A stretch of DNA of 64,000 bases, from contig NC_058368.1 of assembly GCF_018350175.1 (NCBI RefSeq), positions 219,730,001-219,794,000 on the forward strand. The letters run 5' to 3'. Below are positions 63,430 through 64,000 of this stretch, piece after piece. Position numbers and translations under genes: made by a program. The DNA comes from Felis catus. Lineage: Eukaryota. The first letter of the stretch is position 1; each line of letters starts with the position of its first letter. Below the pieces are notes generated by a model that was given only the letters and a program-made list of their open reading frames with translations, searched no databases and was not told the origin of the DNA.

Positions 63430-64000
63430 TGTCTTAGCATCTGATGCCAAAAGTTGAAATCCACAGATGAGATAGCCGGAAAGATAGATATTTATTACAG
63501 CAAAGTAAGAAAAAGTTGGCCCCACAAGCATGAGCTGAAGTTCAGGAGTGTAGACTAAAATCATGTCATCGTGTATTGCCTCTGACCTACTATGGCATGC
63601 ACATCCTGCAGATTGCAGAACACATCATTATGGAGATAAACACACACATCTGAGCCAAGATTTGGCCAAATTGGAGGAAGATCGTAAGGACAGCAGGCAA
63701 TTGCATGCCTACCCACTGCTTCAAGCCAGTCAGGTGAGTTAGGTGAGTAACACTTGTGTGTGATACAAAAGTTGTTGCTGTTTAACTTCCAGGATCCAGA
63801 TCTCACAAAGGAATGTTGTATTGTAGTCCACTCTAACCAGAAACATTCTTAGAAGAGAATTCTGGGAAACCTAGTCCAGCCTAGCAAGTGGACACATTGC
63901 AAAGCACTGTGTTCTACCCCTTGCCATCTTGGCATTGACGCCCATATGCATTTCCTCAAACTAGAAGACTAGACTTAATATCTAATAAAGACAATAACTG
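63430..64000 (-). mobile_element. ERVL-class (MLT2-like) LTR plus start of adjacent internal sequence; continues beyond the window
   Basis: gaattctgggaaacctagtccagcctagcaagtggacacattgcaaagc, then ctaccccttgccatcttggca (ERVL PPT region) and taataaagacaataac. Confidence 0.7.

Noticed and set aside
1..64000. CRISPR array, prokaryotic operon, NUMT or non-retroviral viral insert
   Set aside because: No regularly spaced repeat-spacer units, no long ORFs, and no mitochondrial or viral motifs recognised by eye. A translated database search would be needed to exclude very decayed inserts.

Overview
AT-rich, repeat-dense mammalian genomic DNA, almost certainly a felid (cat-family) genome: about 26 carnivore tRNA-derived SINEs of the SINEC_Fc type plus a carnivore-type L1 3' end. 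I find no credible protein-coding exon, RNA gene, CRISPR array or prokaryotic feature, so the window is intergenic or deep intronic. Most supplied ORFs lie in SINEs, microsatellites or LINE/LTR remnants, and none gave a credible host protein. It is a layered transposon record: L1 and L2 fragments, MIRs, MaLR (MLT1) and ERVL LTRs, a Charlie1-type hAT DNA transposon, solo ERV1 LTRs, and a complete two-LTR, apparently non-coding ERV1 provirus (24751-28716) with a tRNA-Arg primer-binding site and a 4-bp TSD. The most unusual zone is 16.6-19.8 kb. There, hand translation shows collinear but heavily decayed Penelope-like reverse-transcriptase motifs, apparently split by a Ty3/Gypsy integrase relic and an ERVL dUTPase fragment. 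Other points of note are a CpG-retaining, motif-bearing promoter/enhancer-like region (about 8.3-10.7 kb), a triple-nested SINE, and a SINE-LTR fusion with a fold-back junction. Repeat family names come from remembered consensus sequences, not from database searches.
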